NCBI RefSeq assembly: GCF_000143415.4
Contig: NW_003314311.1
Span: forward strand, 745,794-809,793
Direction of reading: 5' to 3'
From: Selaginella moellendorffii
Taxonomy: Eukaryota; Plantae; Lycopodiophyta
DNA: 64,000 nucleotides
Below, piece by piece: positions 38,115 through 49,018 of the stretch (the stretch's first letter is position 1; the number at the start of each line of letters is the position of its first letter). The translations under genes were made by a program, and so were the position numbers. The notes under the pieces were generated by a model. The model worked only from the letters and a program-made list of their open reading frames with translations, searched no databases and was not told where the DNA came from.

Positions 38115-39621
38115 ATTATGTATTGTGATAATTTTTCAACTCCGGTTGTGGATGAAATCATGAATGAGCTTGTTGGTTTCCTTTATATTCCTTCATGGAT
38201 GGCTTCTCCACATATCACTGTGGATCCACCAAATAGAGACAAAAGTCATTTCACACTCCTTAGAGCATCTTCACTTATACAATGCTTCCTTTTGGCCTTT
38301 GCAATGACCCAAACTTGCACTTGTTTGGATTTAGTGCAAAATGGTGTCATTGGCAATGAGAGAAAACAGCCTCCAAGTGCTCTAGATGCTCTAGAAAGGA
38401 ATGTGAGGTTGAGCAGAGAACATCAATGTTCACTTGCAAAAGTATGCCAAGGATGTCATAGAAGGTGTATATTATAAAATAATGGAAAGTTGCTCCTATT
38501 TTCTTCAGAAAACTAGCTTCTTTCAGTGGTTTTTGCTCACTTATGCAGCTCAGACTCATCTTTTGATGACTTTATTCCACAAGGACACTCCTGTTGTGTG
38601 GACTAATCATCATCAGACCATATTTGAGTTGCTTAGACAAGCTCTTCAATAAGCACCAATCTTGTGGGCACCAATACACACATGGCCATTTGAGATCTTC
38701 GTCACAATTGAGAAGGAGGCTTTTGGCATTTGCCCTTGATAGCCTCAGGATGACATGGCCCCTCTCCATGGAATGTTTTTGCCACCTTTTGTTCAGAGCT
38801 CACATCATTTTCCAAGTTTGATTTGATGTACTAACTTTTCTTCTCCATAAGGTTCTATAGACTTCTCACATTTATGCTTGGACCATCTTGATGTAAGAGT
38901 TCAATCTGCAATTCATGTTGAGGAAGAAGCGTGTCTTAGATCTGAAAAAGGCATTGGTTGAGGTTTCTCAAGAAATATCTCCTATTCTAGTAGGCCTTCA
39001 GGATGTGACAACTTTATTCATACCAGTAAACCCCCTCCAACATTATCTTTGGAGCAGCAGTGAGCTTTAGGCATAAATGCCTACAACAACACTTTTATTA
39101 TTGGAGTTCTTTATCAGCACATGCCACAAAGGATCCTTTTGCAATGTGTGGGAGAGGACGAGGTTCCTAACCTTCTTCGGGCTTTCCACAGCTGTGGTGG
39201 CCACTTTTCTGGAGTTGCAACAACTTGTTTTATCTTACATCACAATTTTCATTAGCCAACTCTTTTCAAGGATACTGCTGCCTATGCACAATCATGCCTG
39301 TGATGCCAGAATTGCAACCCTAGGAATTTGGTTCCAACTTTGCCTTTCCATCTCTTGGTTTCTCTAGGGCCCTTCTTCAAATGGGGCCTTGACTTTGTTG
39401 GTCCTATCACTATGCCTTCTTTGTCTGTCCATCACTACTTGCTTGTGGCCATGGATTACTTCTTAAAATGGGTGGAGGCTGTCCCATTGTGCACAATAGA
39501 TCAAAATGCCACTGCCACATTCTTGTACAAGCATATTGTCTATTGATTTAGCATTCTAGCCACTTTCGTTTCTGATTGTGATGGCATATTTCTTAGTAGC
39601 ATGTTGGACATCACTCATACT

Positions 39622-40639
39622 TGTAATAGCAACTATGTCGTGAATGTGATTGTAGGTATCAAAAGTTACATATTAGCTAGTCCTTTCAGATATTCTTTTT
39701 TTACTGCTACGATGGCAAGACATATTATTAGACCTTTTTTCAGTCTCCACTCAAGCTAGTTGAGAAATTGGTCTTCACGTGTGCATTTGGCCAGAAAAGC
39801 ATAAAGACAGAATTCCTAAGTGCTATCAATCAAGCATATTTGATCTGGTTAGAGAAACTCATTCATTGACTTGCATTTGTTAGTGTTGGGAACCCTCACA
39901 ATATTGATATTTGTCCTTTAATATTTGCTAAATGATAATTTATTGTGTCTGCCAAACACCCTTGCTATCATGCCCTTTGTGTTAATCTTCTTTGATCTTA
40001 TTTATTATTTATGGAAAGTATCTAGATTTGCTAATTTAGCATATTTATGGAATGTAGAGATTGTCCTGAATACAGTGGTATTGTGTTCCCGTATCTAAAT
40101 TCTCAATCTAACACCATTCCATATTTAATAAGTTTCAAGCTTGTCCCAGAGATTAACTCTTGGTATTAGTAAAGATAGTGGGTAAGTCGGGCATGGCTGA
40201 TTAACTTGAGGCATAATTTAGCTCCCACTTGCATGCCTATCCTTGTTCTGTATTTGGCTTGGGTTTAAGCCCATACTAGCTAGTGAAGTATTTATATCTT
40301 TGCATTAGGCCACCGATATGCTAAAATAGCACCAAACTCTGTTTGGCTTCATTTTGCATGTTAGTCTTAGTATTGAGAAGTTGGATGCTTTAGGATTGTT
40401 CTTATGTTGCTCCATGCTTTAGTTTTTTCACTCTTTAGCTACTAGCTTGGCAATTTGACACCATTCCTTCATTTAGTGGCCCAAGGTTTTGAAATTTGAG
40501 TTCCACTCCACTATCCTTGGACACGTGGCAAGTAACACATGGCATGTGACACATGGCACATGGAGGGTTTAGGTTCTGCTTTGTGGTTATCTTATAGTAA
40601 ATCACCATAGGATAAAGTGTGAAAACCATGTGTGTTATA
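39622..40639. other. ~1-kb non-coding insertion interrupting the integrase (possible old solo LTR)
   Basis: Integrase frame stops near 39610 and resumes near 40640. Ends TGTAATA / TGTTATA; no TSD found. Confidence 0.4.
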
Positions 40640-40956
40640 AGCCATTATCTATAGAGCAATGACTAGGTAAACTCTTCAAATAAAATCCTCAAGTTGATTC
40701 TCAACAAACTTGTGTTTGATCATCCTTGGCAATGGCATGAACACTTGCCTACAGCCTTGTGGGCATTTTGCACCATGTATAAGGCTAGTATTGACACAAC
40801 TCTATTTTTCTCATCTATGGGTGAGAGGCTATCTTTCTAATGGAGATTTAGATCCCATTTATCCATTTTGCATCATGATATGCAATAGAGTCCAATTATC
40901 AAAGGCAAAGTAACTCTAGAGTTGGATGAGCAATATCTAGTAACTTTGGAGCATGT

Positions 40957-41150
40957 TGTAAGCTCCTGAGTTTGGACTTCTCGGGAAGTCATCCAGCCCA
41001 GTACTATTCAAACCCAAGGATGCTTAACCCCAAATATCCCAAGACCCTTAACCGATTGGAAAAGGGGGTGCACTTTTATTCATGGGCCCTTTCCCTCTAT
41101 ATTTAAACCCTATGGACCGTCTCTCGAGTTGTTCCCTTTGGTTGCTTACA
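40957..41150 (-). mobile_element. Solo LTR, 194 bp (same family, inverted)
   Basis: TG..CA; TSD CATGT at 40952-40956 and 41151-41155. Confidence 0.92.
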
Positions 41151-42467
41151 CATGTCTATGCATAGAAGGTCCAACTCAAGTCATGGCAAGATTGCAGGGC
41201 TTCTTCGACACCATTCTAGCAAGGCAACTTAGTTCTTCTCAAGAATTTCACACCTTCATCCAACGGGGATGGTCCAAATTTGAGTTGAGCTCAATTCAAC
41301 ACAAGTCAACTCAAGTCAATATAGTCAATAAAAAGTATTACAAAGGAAATCTAAATTGAACAAATGAAGGTTCTAGCAAACTTTAAAATATTAAAATATG
41401 TAAATATCTAAGTTAAAAGTTTCTATAAGATTGAAATGTTTAAAAAAGATAAAGTTCATGAGAACCTATCTTTTATAAAACTATATTATTTTATTATGAC
41501 AACTGTTACAGCTGTCATATTTGATTTGACTACTTAATATTTTGAATACTTTTACAACAGTAGATACTATTCCTTCATTCAAAAGATTTTTTAGGGTTCT
41601 TGAGAAGATGGGAAGCAAGGAAAATACAAGATTTATGAGTAAAAGTTGTAGTGCAAAGGAATGTGAGAATGTTAATTTTGTTTCACTACCATAATCTTCA
41701 TATTACACTCTTGGTCCTTATTACCCATCTGGGAATGTGGAGACCACTATCACGATTGATAAAAATGCTCTTATTACTTCTGAAACAACAGTCTAGAGTA
41801 AGAGAAATAAAGAAATAAACAGCACGGCGGAAGGCACCAAGAAATCTACTCCATAAAACTTTCCATGACATTTATAATTTACATATTAATTCATATTAAA
41901 AACTTTGTTGCCTGCCTATATCACAATCCTCTCATATGATAAGACCAAGGTATATTTTGCAGTGAATCCTCATTAAAAGTTTATGGGAATTGTTTGTAAA
42001 TAATAATAAAAGAAATTGAAATCTTTTGAAAGACTCAAAAGTAATATCACATCAAAGAATCAACTTTATCTACATTTCTAAGACTGAAAGGCAATCTCAA
42101 ATAAGAGAATGGTAGTGTGCCAACGTGCTCTGCCACTATAATGTGGTCTATATTTCCTTGCAATTTATTTCCCTAGACATTTGGCATGTGTAGAAAAGAA
42201 TATATGTGTAACAAAGTAGGATTCATCATAATGATAGAGCATGTGTATACACGATAATCTAAAATTCTAGAAGGTCTTATGTTTACAAGAAAGCTATGAT
42301 TATGAAGCCCTATTTCCAAGACTGACATTTAAAGAATCTGAATATTGTCAATGTCATAATAAATAAACCTCATTCCCAAGACTAAAACTTAGTATATAAA
42401 CTATCTAAAAGTTGTAGTCATCATAGGTTTTTTGATTTCCTTGAGCTCCTTAGAAGTTTGTATTGAA

Positions 42468-43439
42468 ATGGCTCAAAGGAGAGTCATTGCTACTCGTACT
42501 TGGCCCCCCAGCATTTTATATCAATCTCCACCTCCATCCCCAAGTTCTACTAACATTCCACTTTCACCTCCACATAATAATCTTTTTTCTGCTGAGGGCT
42601 CTAGTGAAGCTAAACTAGAGCTCCCTATATGTGAAATTCTAAATCTTACTGCTAGAGAGGGATTGCCTTCAGTGCTTCAAGAGCAATGCCAGATGTTTTT
42701 CAAGATCTTGCTCCTGACATGGTGGGATTATTTGAAAGTACAGAACACTATTACATTCGGTGTCCAATATGCTACTTTTTCTTTGACAAAACAAATGGCT
42801 CTATGGGTTTAGAAACTTTTTTTGAGCACTGTAGGAATTGCCCAACGGCGGGTCTGGAAAATATGCACATGTGGATGTACAATAGATTCAAGAATGAGTT
42901 ATGGACACATACCCACTATCGCTTCATGGTGAGGAACAACATCCCTTTGGGAAACACTACATCGGCTAATGCAAAATATAGGGTTTTTAAGCCACACTAT
43001 AGTGGAATGTAAAATCTAGAATTACTTTACTATACTATAGTATTGTCACTATTAAAAGAAAAATTATAATAAAATGATATTAATTGTAGGTAACATACCT
43101 TGTTCTAGAAGATGCTATCATATCACATACAATTGTTTACAAAATGTTGAAGGAGGAGATGGCAACACACAAGCGCTACAAAGTGATGGTGATAGGTGAG
43201 AATGATAATTTGCAATTATGATATTTGACACTGACACTGACATCTGACACTTTCACTGACATCTAACATATAACAAGCTTTCTATTTTATGTAAGGATGC
43301 AATTAACTTTCTTTTGCCTCATCATCAACATAATGATTTCTTTTATACTTCCTCATATATTGGTATTGTGGGGAAGATTCACCTTGCATATATTGAGCCA
43401 TGGCTTCTGCATAGTCAGGGAGACTTCCAAAGCCTCTAA
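42468..43439 (+). pseudogene. Third gene of Element B: Pro/Ser-rich N-terminus + putative C2HC Zn-finger (CPIC..HCRNC), convergent with the MTase gene
   Basis: ORFs 42432..42812 and 42686..43012 (frameshifted) plus a downstream exon (YKMLKEEMATHKRY). Conserved at 60729-61710 and partly at 14400-14745. Confidence 0.45.
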
Positions 43440-43511
43440 TTCTAGAAACTCCAGGTGACTGTGATCTATAAATTAGAATTAAACATATATTAAAATTTTA
43501 ATAAACATAAT

Positions 43512-46500
43512 TTACCTCCTTGAGGTTGGAGGCAACTCACGAAATCCTCTAAGCCAGCGTTTGAAGAAATGATGTTCTTCAATAGCAAACACCGACCTAC
43601 CAGAGTCACGTGCTGCCTCCACCATAGAACTGCTACCTGTTGTGCAATCAATCACAACATCATCTGGTGGGCAATAGAGCTCAAGCAAAATTTGCATTGC
43701 TGATGGAGTTTGAAATCGATACCCTGGAAATGTGTTGCAGATCTACTCATCCACAAGGTTGGGTATGATGTTAGTGGAACTGTCGTACGCAGGCAAAACA
43801 CGTGTTGCATGTTCACTATCACGAAACCCATCATGTGTGTTTTTGTAGAAGGCATGATAGGTCCACATCATAACCTAGAAAAAAAAAATGTTTAGAAATT
43901 AGATAAAAATATAAAATACATACTCACCTTTTCAAGCTTCCCTTGGACACCCCTCATATCGACGCCAATAGGATCCATGATGCACCCGGAAAAGAATGAC
44001 TTGAAATGAACTTTTACTACATATGTCATAAGCTCATACATCCAGTTGGGGTCGTTCTGTAGGATGAAGACTACATGGCCAGCTTCGAGCATAAATGCTT
44101 CGGACAATAGGAATGCATCATATATGTGCTCAGGTGTGAGAAAGTTCCAATCCTCAACTTTCCCATCGATATCTGAAAGACCATCTGGAAAGTCAAAGAG
44201 AATGAAGTCCGCAACTGAAAGCAAGGGCCTTTGTATCTTTCAGCACCAATAGTTGAATTGGTGTTGTATATCCATGTTAATGTCGTCTTCTATGAAAAAT
44301 GTCAACAATCTACTGTAAGAGCCAATGAAGATACCCATAATGCCTTGTTGTGTTATTGGGGACATAGGACAAACCTATAAAAGAGCTAAGTGAATGAAAA
44401 AAGCAATAAATAGTATGCTATTGTCATATGGCGTGTTGTCAATGAGAGTTCCTCCAACTCCTCTTCATGAGCATTTTGTCGAGATGGAATGAAATTACTA
44501 CCAACAGTCATTGCTACAAAAAACATGTATTACCACCTTTAGTTTGTAAAATTCACTTTTGCTTACCTCGAGGTCGACATGATATTCTATGAACCACTTG
44601 ATCATCGTTATTTACTAGTAGAACCTGGTCCGGATCTTGGTTGTTTGATGGTTGAACTGGAGCCTGATCCTGGCTATCTAGTGGTGGAACACGAACTTGA
44701 TCTGGAGCTTCCTCATCCTTTTCTCCATCGTCACTTGCATTGCCATCGTTGTTAGCATTGACAACTTCCTTGCGATCAGGTCTCCTTCCCTAGGAGCTCC
44801 AACTCCCAAGGGCATTCTATCTTCCGTGCCTTCGGAACTCTTGCAAATATTGTTGGGTGCATTCTTCCATCCCTTACACCCTTTGCAACAAGTCGAGTGC
44901 AAAGCATGCCTCTATATCGAAGATACCTGTAAACAATATATATTAAAAAACAATCTTAGAAATCATATTATACCTGTAAGTTGCATGTCATATGAAATAA
45001 GGTTGACCATGTTGGCAATCATAAGTTGTTGTGCTTGTAGACTTCTTTGGTAGCCACCCCTCTTCGATCCCTTCCCATGACGTGTTGATGTAGGTGTCGA
45101 AAGACATAAATGTGCTATCTGGATCGTCACCAATGTGTGGTGCCAAGAACTTCTCACCTTCATTTATAGTTTGTGTGATGTAAACAGCCCTTCTCATCAT
45201 GTTCTCAAATAGTTTTGGCAATCTTTTCTCTCTGCTCATCAAGCAGACATTGAGGAACTCCAGAGTCTCTATCTGTTGCATATATGGAAGCTTAGATTTT
45301 GCGATATTGTAAATCATATCATCTGCAGTTTTGTTCACTGCAAAAGTAACATATGCATAATTGAGAAAAATGAAGTGTGATAAGAAACTTACATTCATGA
45401 GAAGAAATTTCGGCTATAATCTCTAGCCACTCCTTTGGCTTGCGATTGTCTGCAATGCATACTAGTTTCTTCAACTTTGAGGACTTTACATGCTGAATTT
45501 TGTGCTTAATTTGTACAAACTCAGCTGAGAGCTCTTCCCGACTCTTTTCTAGATATGCAAGTTCGTAAGTAGCTTGCTTGACTTTCACCAAAGGCTAAAA
45601 ACCAAAACAATTAAAAGAGGCTTTTATAAAATAAAAGGGAAAGACATACCTTACACCACACAACGAGCATAAAACTAATTGAGTTGCTGAACCAAGTTGT
45701 ACCGTCATTTCGAGTGTGTGAGTGTTGAACAAGTGTTGCGAGATCATCACCATAATGTTGGCGGATGTCATCCTCACTCAAGTCTGCCAAAAATTGAAGT
45801 TGCTCAATGTCATGGACAAGGTTTTGTTTTTGAATAGCAAACTGCCCAAGCCTACATTTAAACACAACAAAACAAGTTAAAGAGGAGTTAGAGGTAAACT
45901 ATAAAACTTACGCATTGATCTTTTGGCAAACCAAGATAAGTCTGTTGACATCTAAAGGTCCCCTTGCGTAGACATCTCAGACTCAGTCTCATCTGATGNN
46001 NNNNNNNNNNNNNNNNNNNNNNNNNNNNNNNNNNNNNNNNNNNNNNNNNNNNNNNNNNNNNNNNNNNNNNNNNNNNNNNNNNNNNNNNNNNNNNNNNNAC
46101 TCTTTATCATTTTAGTCATGCTTTCAGGGATCCTTTAGCCTACGACACCTCTCGAAGTTGGTTCCTTACACAGAGCTCCCTTCATGTAGACATGGCCGAC
46201 TGGAATGTTGATATGGTAGACGGGATCATCGCGAAAATAATCGTTAATACACTTCATCCAAGCTCCATATCGGTGGTTACCGTCAATAATTTGGAACATT
46301 GTCCCTGCAAGCTGTCGAGTCTCAAGATGTCTGATAAGCATGTCATCAAATTCTAGGGACTTCCTCCTCCAAATAGGATCCCAGCTATTCACAATCTTGG
46401 GTGTGATGGTAATGATCTCCGTTGTTCTTGGCTTGCAAAAAGAGACTAGAAACATACCGACGTTTGTTGCAAGGCCATTCTATTTGAACAATCTGTATAT

Positions 46501-46905
46501 ATCCGGGTTGACATACTTGGATGCTGTGCGGACAAAGTTCGTCTGTTGTAAACGGCAAAGTGGGATTTCTTTGATCAAGTCACAAGGGCCTAGCCACTTG
46601 AGTGCCTCAAGTGTTTGGTGAACTGCTTTTTCCTTTGTCCGCATAACAGTCTCTTGGAAGCGCTTGTCCACCACGTTGTCAGGAAGGTCTGCAACTCTTT
46701 CAACTCCAGGCTGTTCCTCAGGTTCCCTATCATGAACACCACTAGATTGCCCAATTTCAGGGATTTGCGTTGGTGGTGGTGGCAGTGGTGGCGGGAAGGT
46801 GGAGGTGGCAATGGTGATGGTGAGGGTGGTGGTGGTGGTGGTGCTGGTGATGGCGAGGGCGGAGGCAATAGTGGCAGTGGTCGGTGGCAATGGTGGTGGT
46901 GGTGG
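43512..46905 (-). pseudogene. Multi-exon ParB/Srx-like + beta-class N6/N4 DNA-methyltransferase-like gene of Element B
   Basis: Pro-rich N-terminus (start in the N gap). IKEIPLCRLQ..VR..MFLVSF..MFQIIDGNHRYGAW (ParB-like). ADFILFDFPDG..WN (motif IV position). QTPSAMQILLELYCPPDDVVIDCTTGSSSMVEAARDSGRSVFAIE (motif X/I). GT-AG introns such as 43875-43927. Two of its stops read CAG/CGA in sister copies. Confidence 0.8.
45976..46193. other. Insertion in the ParB exon flanked by an 8-bp direct repeat GTAGACAT; contains an N gap
   Basis: Repeat at 45968-45975 and 46186-46193. Removing the insert restores PVGHVYARGPLDVNRLILVCQKIN. Insert matches ~63677-63780. Confidence 0.7.
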
Positions 46906-47039
46906 NNNNNNNNNNNNNNNNNNNNNNNNNNNNNNNNNNNNNNNNNNNNNNNNNNNNNNNNNNNNNNNNNNNNNNNNNNNNNNNNNNNNNNNNNNNNNNN
47001 NNNNNCAAACAGTCAAAGAGAAAAAAAATCAAGTGGGCC

Positions 47040-47605
47040 TAAACTCCACCTCGAGCACTTTAGTTGCCCAAGGGGCCGAGGTTATTTCAATAACCTCCGC
47101 CCCTGGGCAACAAAAGTGCCCGAGGTGGCCGGCCCGAGCTCAACCTCGGGCAATTTGGCCACCTGTGAGGTCAAATAACCTTGACCCCTCGGCCAGCAAA
47201 ACTGCTCGAGGTGGCCGGCCCGCACTAGACCTTGGGCAGTTTTGTTGGCCGAGGGGCTGAGGTTATTTGAATAACCTCGGCCCCTTGGCTGGCAAAACTG
47301 CCCGAGGTGGCCGGCCCACCCTGGACCTCGGGCAATTTTGCTGGTCGAGGGGCAAAGGTTATTTGAATAACCTTGGCCACTTGGCCGGCAAAACTGCCCA
47401 AGGTGGCTGGCCCGCACTCGACCTTGGGCTGTTTTGCCGGCCGAGGGGCGGAGGTTATCTGAATAACCTCGGCCCCTTGGCCGGCAAAACTGCCGGAGGT
47501 GGCTGGCCCGCACTCAACCTCGGGCAGTTTTGTTGGCCGAGGGGCTGAGGTTATTTGAATAACCTCCGCCCCTTGGCTGGCAAAACTGCCCGACGTGGCT
47601 GGCCC
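47040..47605. repeat. Tandem array of ~6 x 96-bp units, each a ~76-bp hairpin centred on GAGGTTATT-TG-AATAACCTC
   Basis: 32-aa periodicity in ORF 47225..47722. Arms CCTCGGGCAGTTTTG..GGCCGAGGTTATT / AATAACCTCGGCC..CAAAACTGCCCGAGG. Confidence 0.92.
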
Positions 47606-47721
47606 TAAAGAAGCAATGAAGAAAGAAGCAAAAAGAAAAAAATGGAAGTGGAAGCAATCAAATTGAAACTCACCCTTAGTGGCATCTTTCCTTCCCGATT
47701 TCTTGATCATGCTAGATTTCA

Positions 47722-47945
47722 TGTGCGCTCAATCTCTCCCGCTCACGCGCTCAATCTCTCCCGCTCGCGCACTCAATCTCTCCCACTCACGCGCTCAATC
47801 TCTCCAGCTCGCACGCTCAATCTCTCCATCTCTTGCGCGCTCAATCGCTCGATCTCCTTCGCGCTCAATCCCTCGATCTTCTTCGTGCTCAATCCCTCGA
47901 TCTCCTTCGTATTCAATCTTTCGATCTCTCCGCGCGCTCCACTCA
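47722..47945. repeat. CpG-rich GCGCTCAATCTCTC tandem repeats (~18-21 bp, ~11 units); likely promoter/5'UTR of the minus-strand cargo gene
   Basis: Directly visible; followed by telo-box-like ACCCTAACCCTAA at ~47969. Confidence 0.75.
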
Positions 47946-49018
47946 CGGTGCGAACAGTAACCTCAGCTACCCTAACCCTAATCCTGACAGCTGCCCTAAC
48001 CCTAACCAATCTTTCATCCTGGCCGTTCATTCTGAATAACCTAAATCTCAACCATCACAATATCTTTGATCTTATTTTATCTTATCATTATTATTATATG
48101 TAAATTGTGCTTCTTTATTTTGTATATTTTAATGATGATATAACTAGCACCTATCAACATTTCTGTTATTAGAGATATGATATTATATTTTAAAAATTAT
48201 CTAGAAAGGATGCATTCTTATCAATATTTTGTACATATTTTGGAATTGTTACAAGAACTTTAAAGAGTATAAATAAGGCACGTTAAAATATGTTATACTA
48301 TATCCATCTATGAATGGATGAATCCTCATCCAGAAATTTATTTTGTGTTGTATTAGATCCTAAACAATAGGCACGTGCTTTAAATGTCATTGAGCAGTGT
48401 TCACAATTATGGATAAAACTTGAGTTGTACTACAAATCAAATCTGTCAGTGAAGAATAAGATTTGACAAGATTTATTATCAAGATTTATTATCATCTACC
48501 ACTTAAAATTTGACAACTTGACATATCACACGTACTGACAGTCAAATTGGATCTCTTTTTTTAACACGCTATAGTAGAATGTCATTACTGGTATCATTAT
48601 TAACTATCAAACTTCACATGCTGAAAATCCTTCCTTGGATCTATGTGTATACATGCATCAAACATCATAATAGATGACAATAATATTAATACTGTCACAC
48701 TTGAACATGTTAAATTTGCTATAGAATTTAAATTCATTTTGTACGTTATCTTCTTATTACTCTATTTAAATTTCAATTATGTTTCACTATAGATTTTTAC
48801 AAGTAGCATAAAGAGAGAGAACTCCAAAACCTATTGAGAAGGATGGAGAGGTTTCTTCTTCATTTTCGAGATCACCCACCTCTTTCATTCTCTCAGAGTA
48901 TTGTTTCTGAAAGTTTTTTATGTCGGCGTTTTGATCTTCGTCTTGGCTCTATTTCTTTAGAGGCTGTGATCCGCAACGACACCGGTATAGTTGCCGAGTG
49001 TTTGGATCTCCAGTCAAA

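Larger units (their letters stand above)
37235..41263 (+). pseudogene. Degenerate pol: additional (archaeal-type) RNase H, RT, RNase H, integrase
   Basis: VFDGAW..GGVG..NEVEY..EDSQLVIRQLNG (aRH) lies before FKNVFRWDY..WVSDIVLVQKANGKLKRC (RT). Integrase FKWGLDFVGPI..AMDYFLKWVEAVP. Confidence 0.75.

Noticed and set aside
359-46482. RNA editing or readthrough rescuing the in-frame stops
   Set aside because: The stops fit CGA>TGA, CAG>TAG or TGG>TAG transitions, and sister copies retain the sense codon where checkable. Ordinary 5mC deamination in nuclear DNA explains them.
47040-47605. CRISPR array
   Set aside because: Linkers between the palindromes are near-identical rather than unique spacers; no cas genes; eukaryotic intron-containing context.
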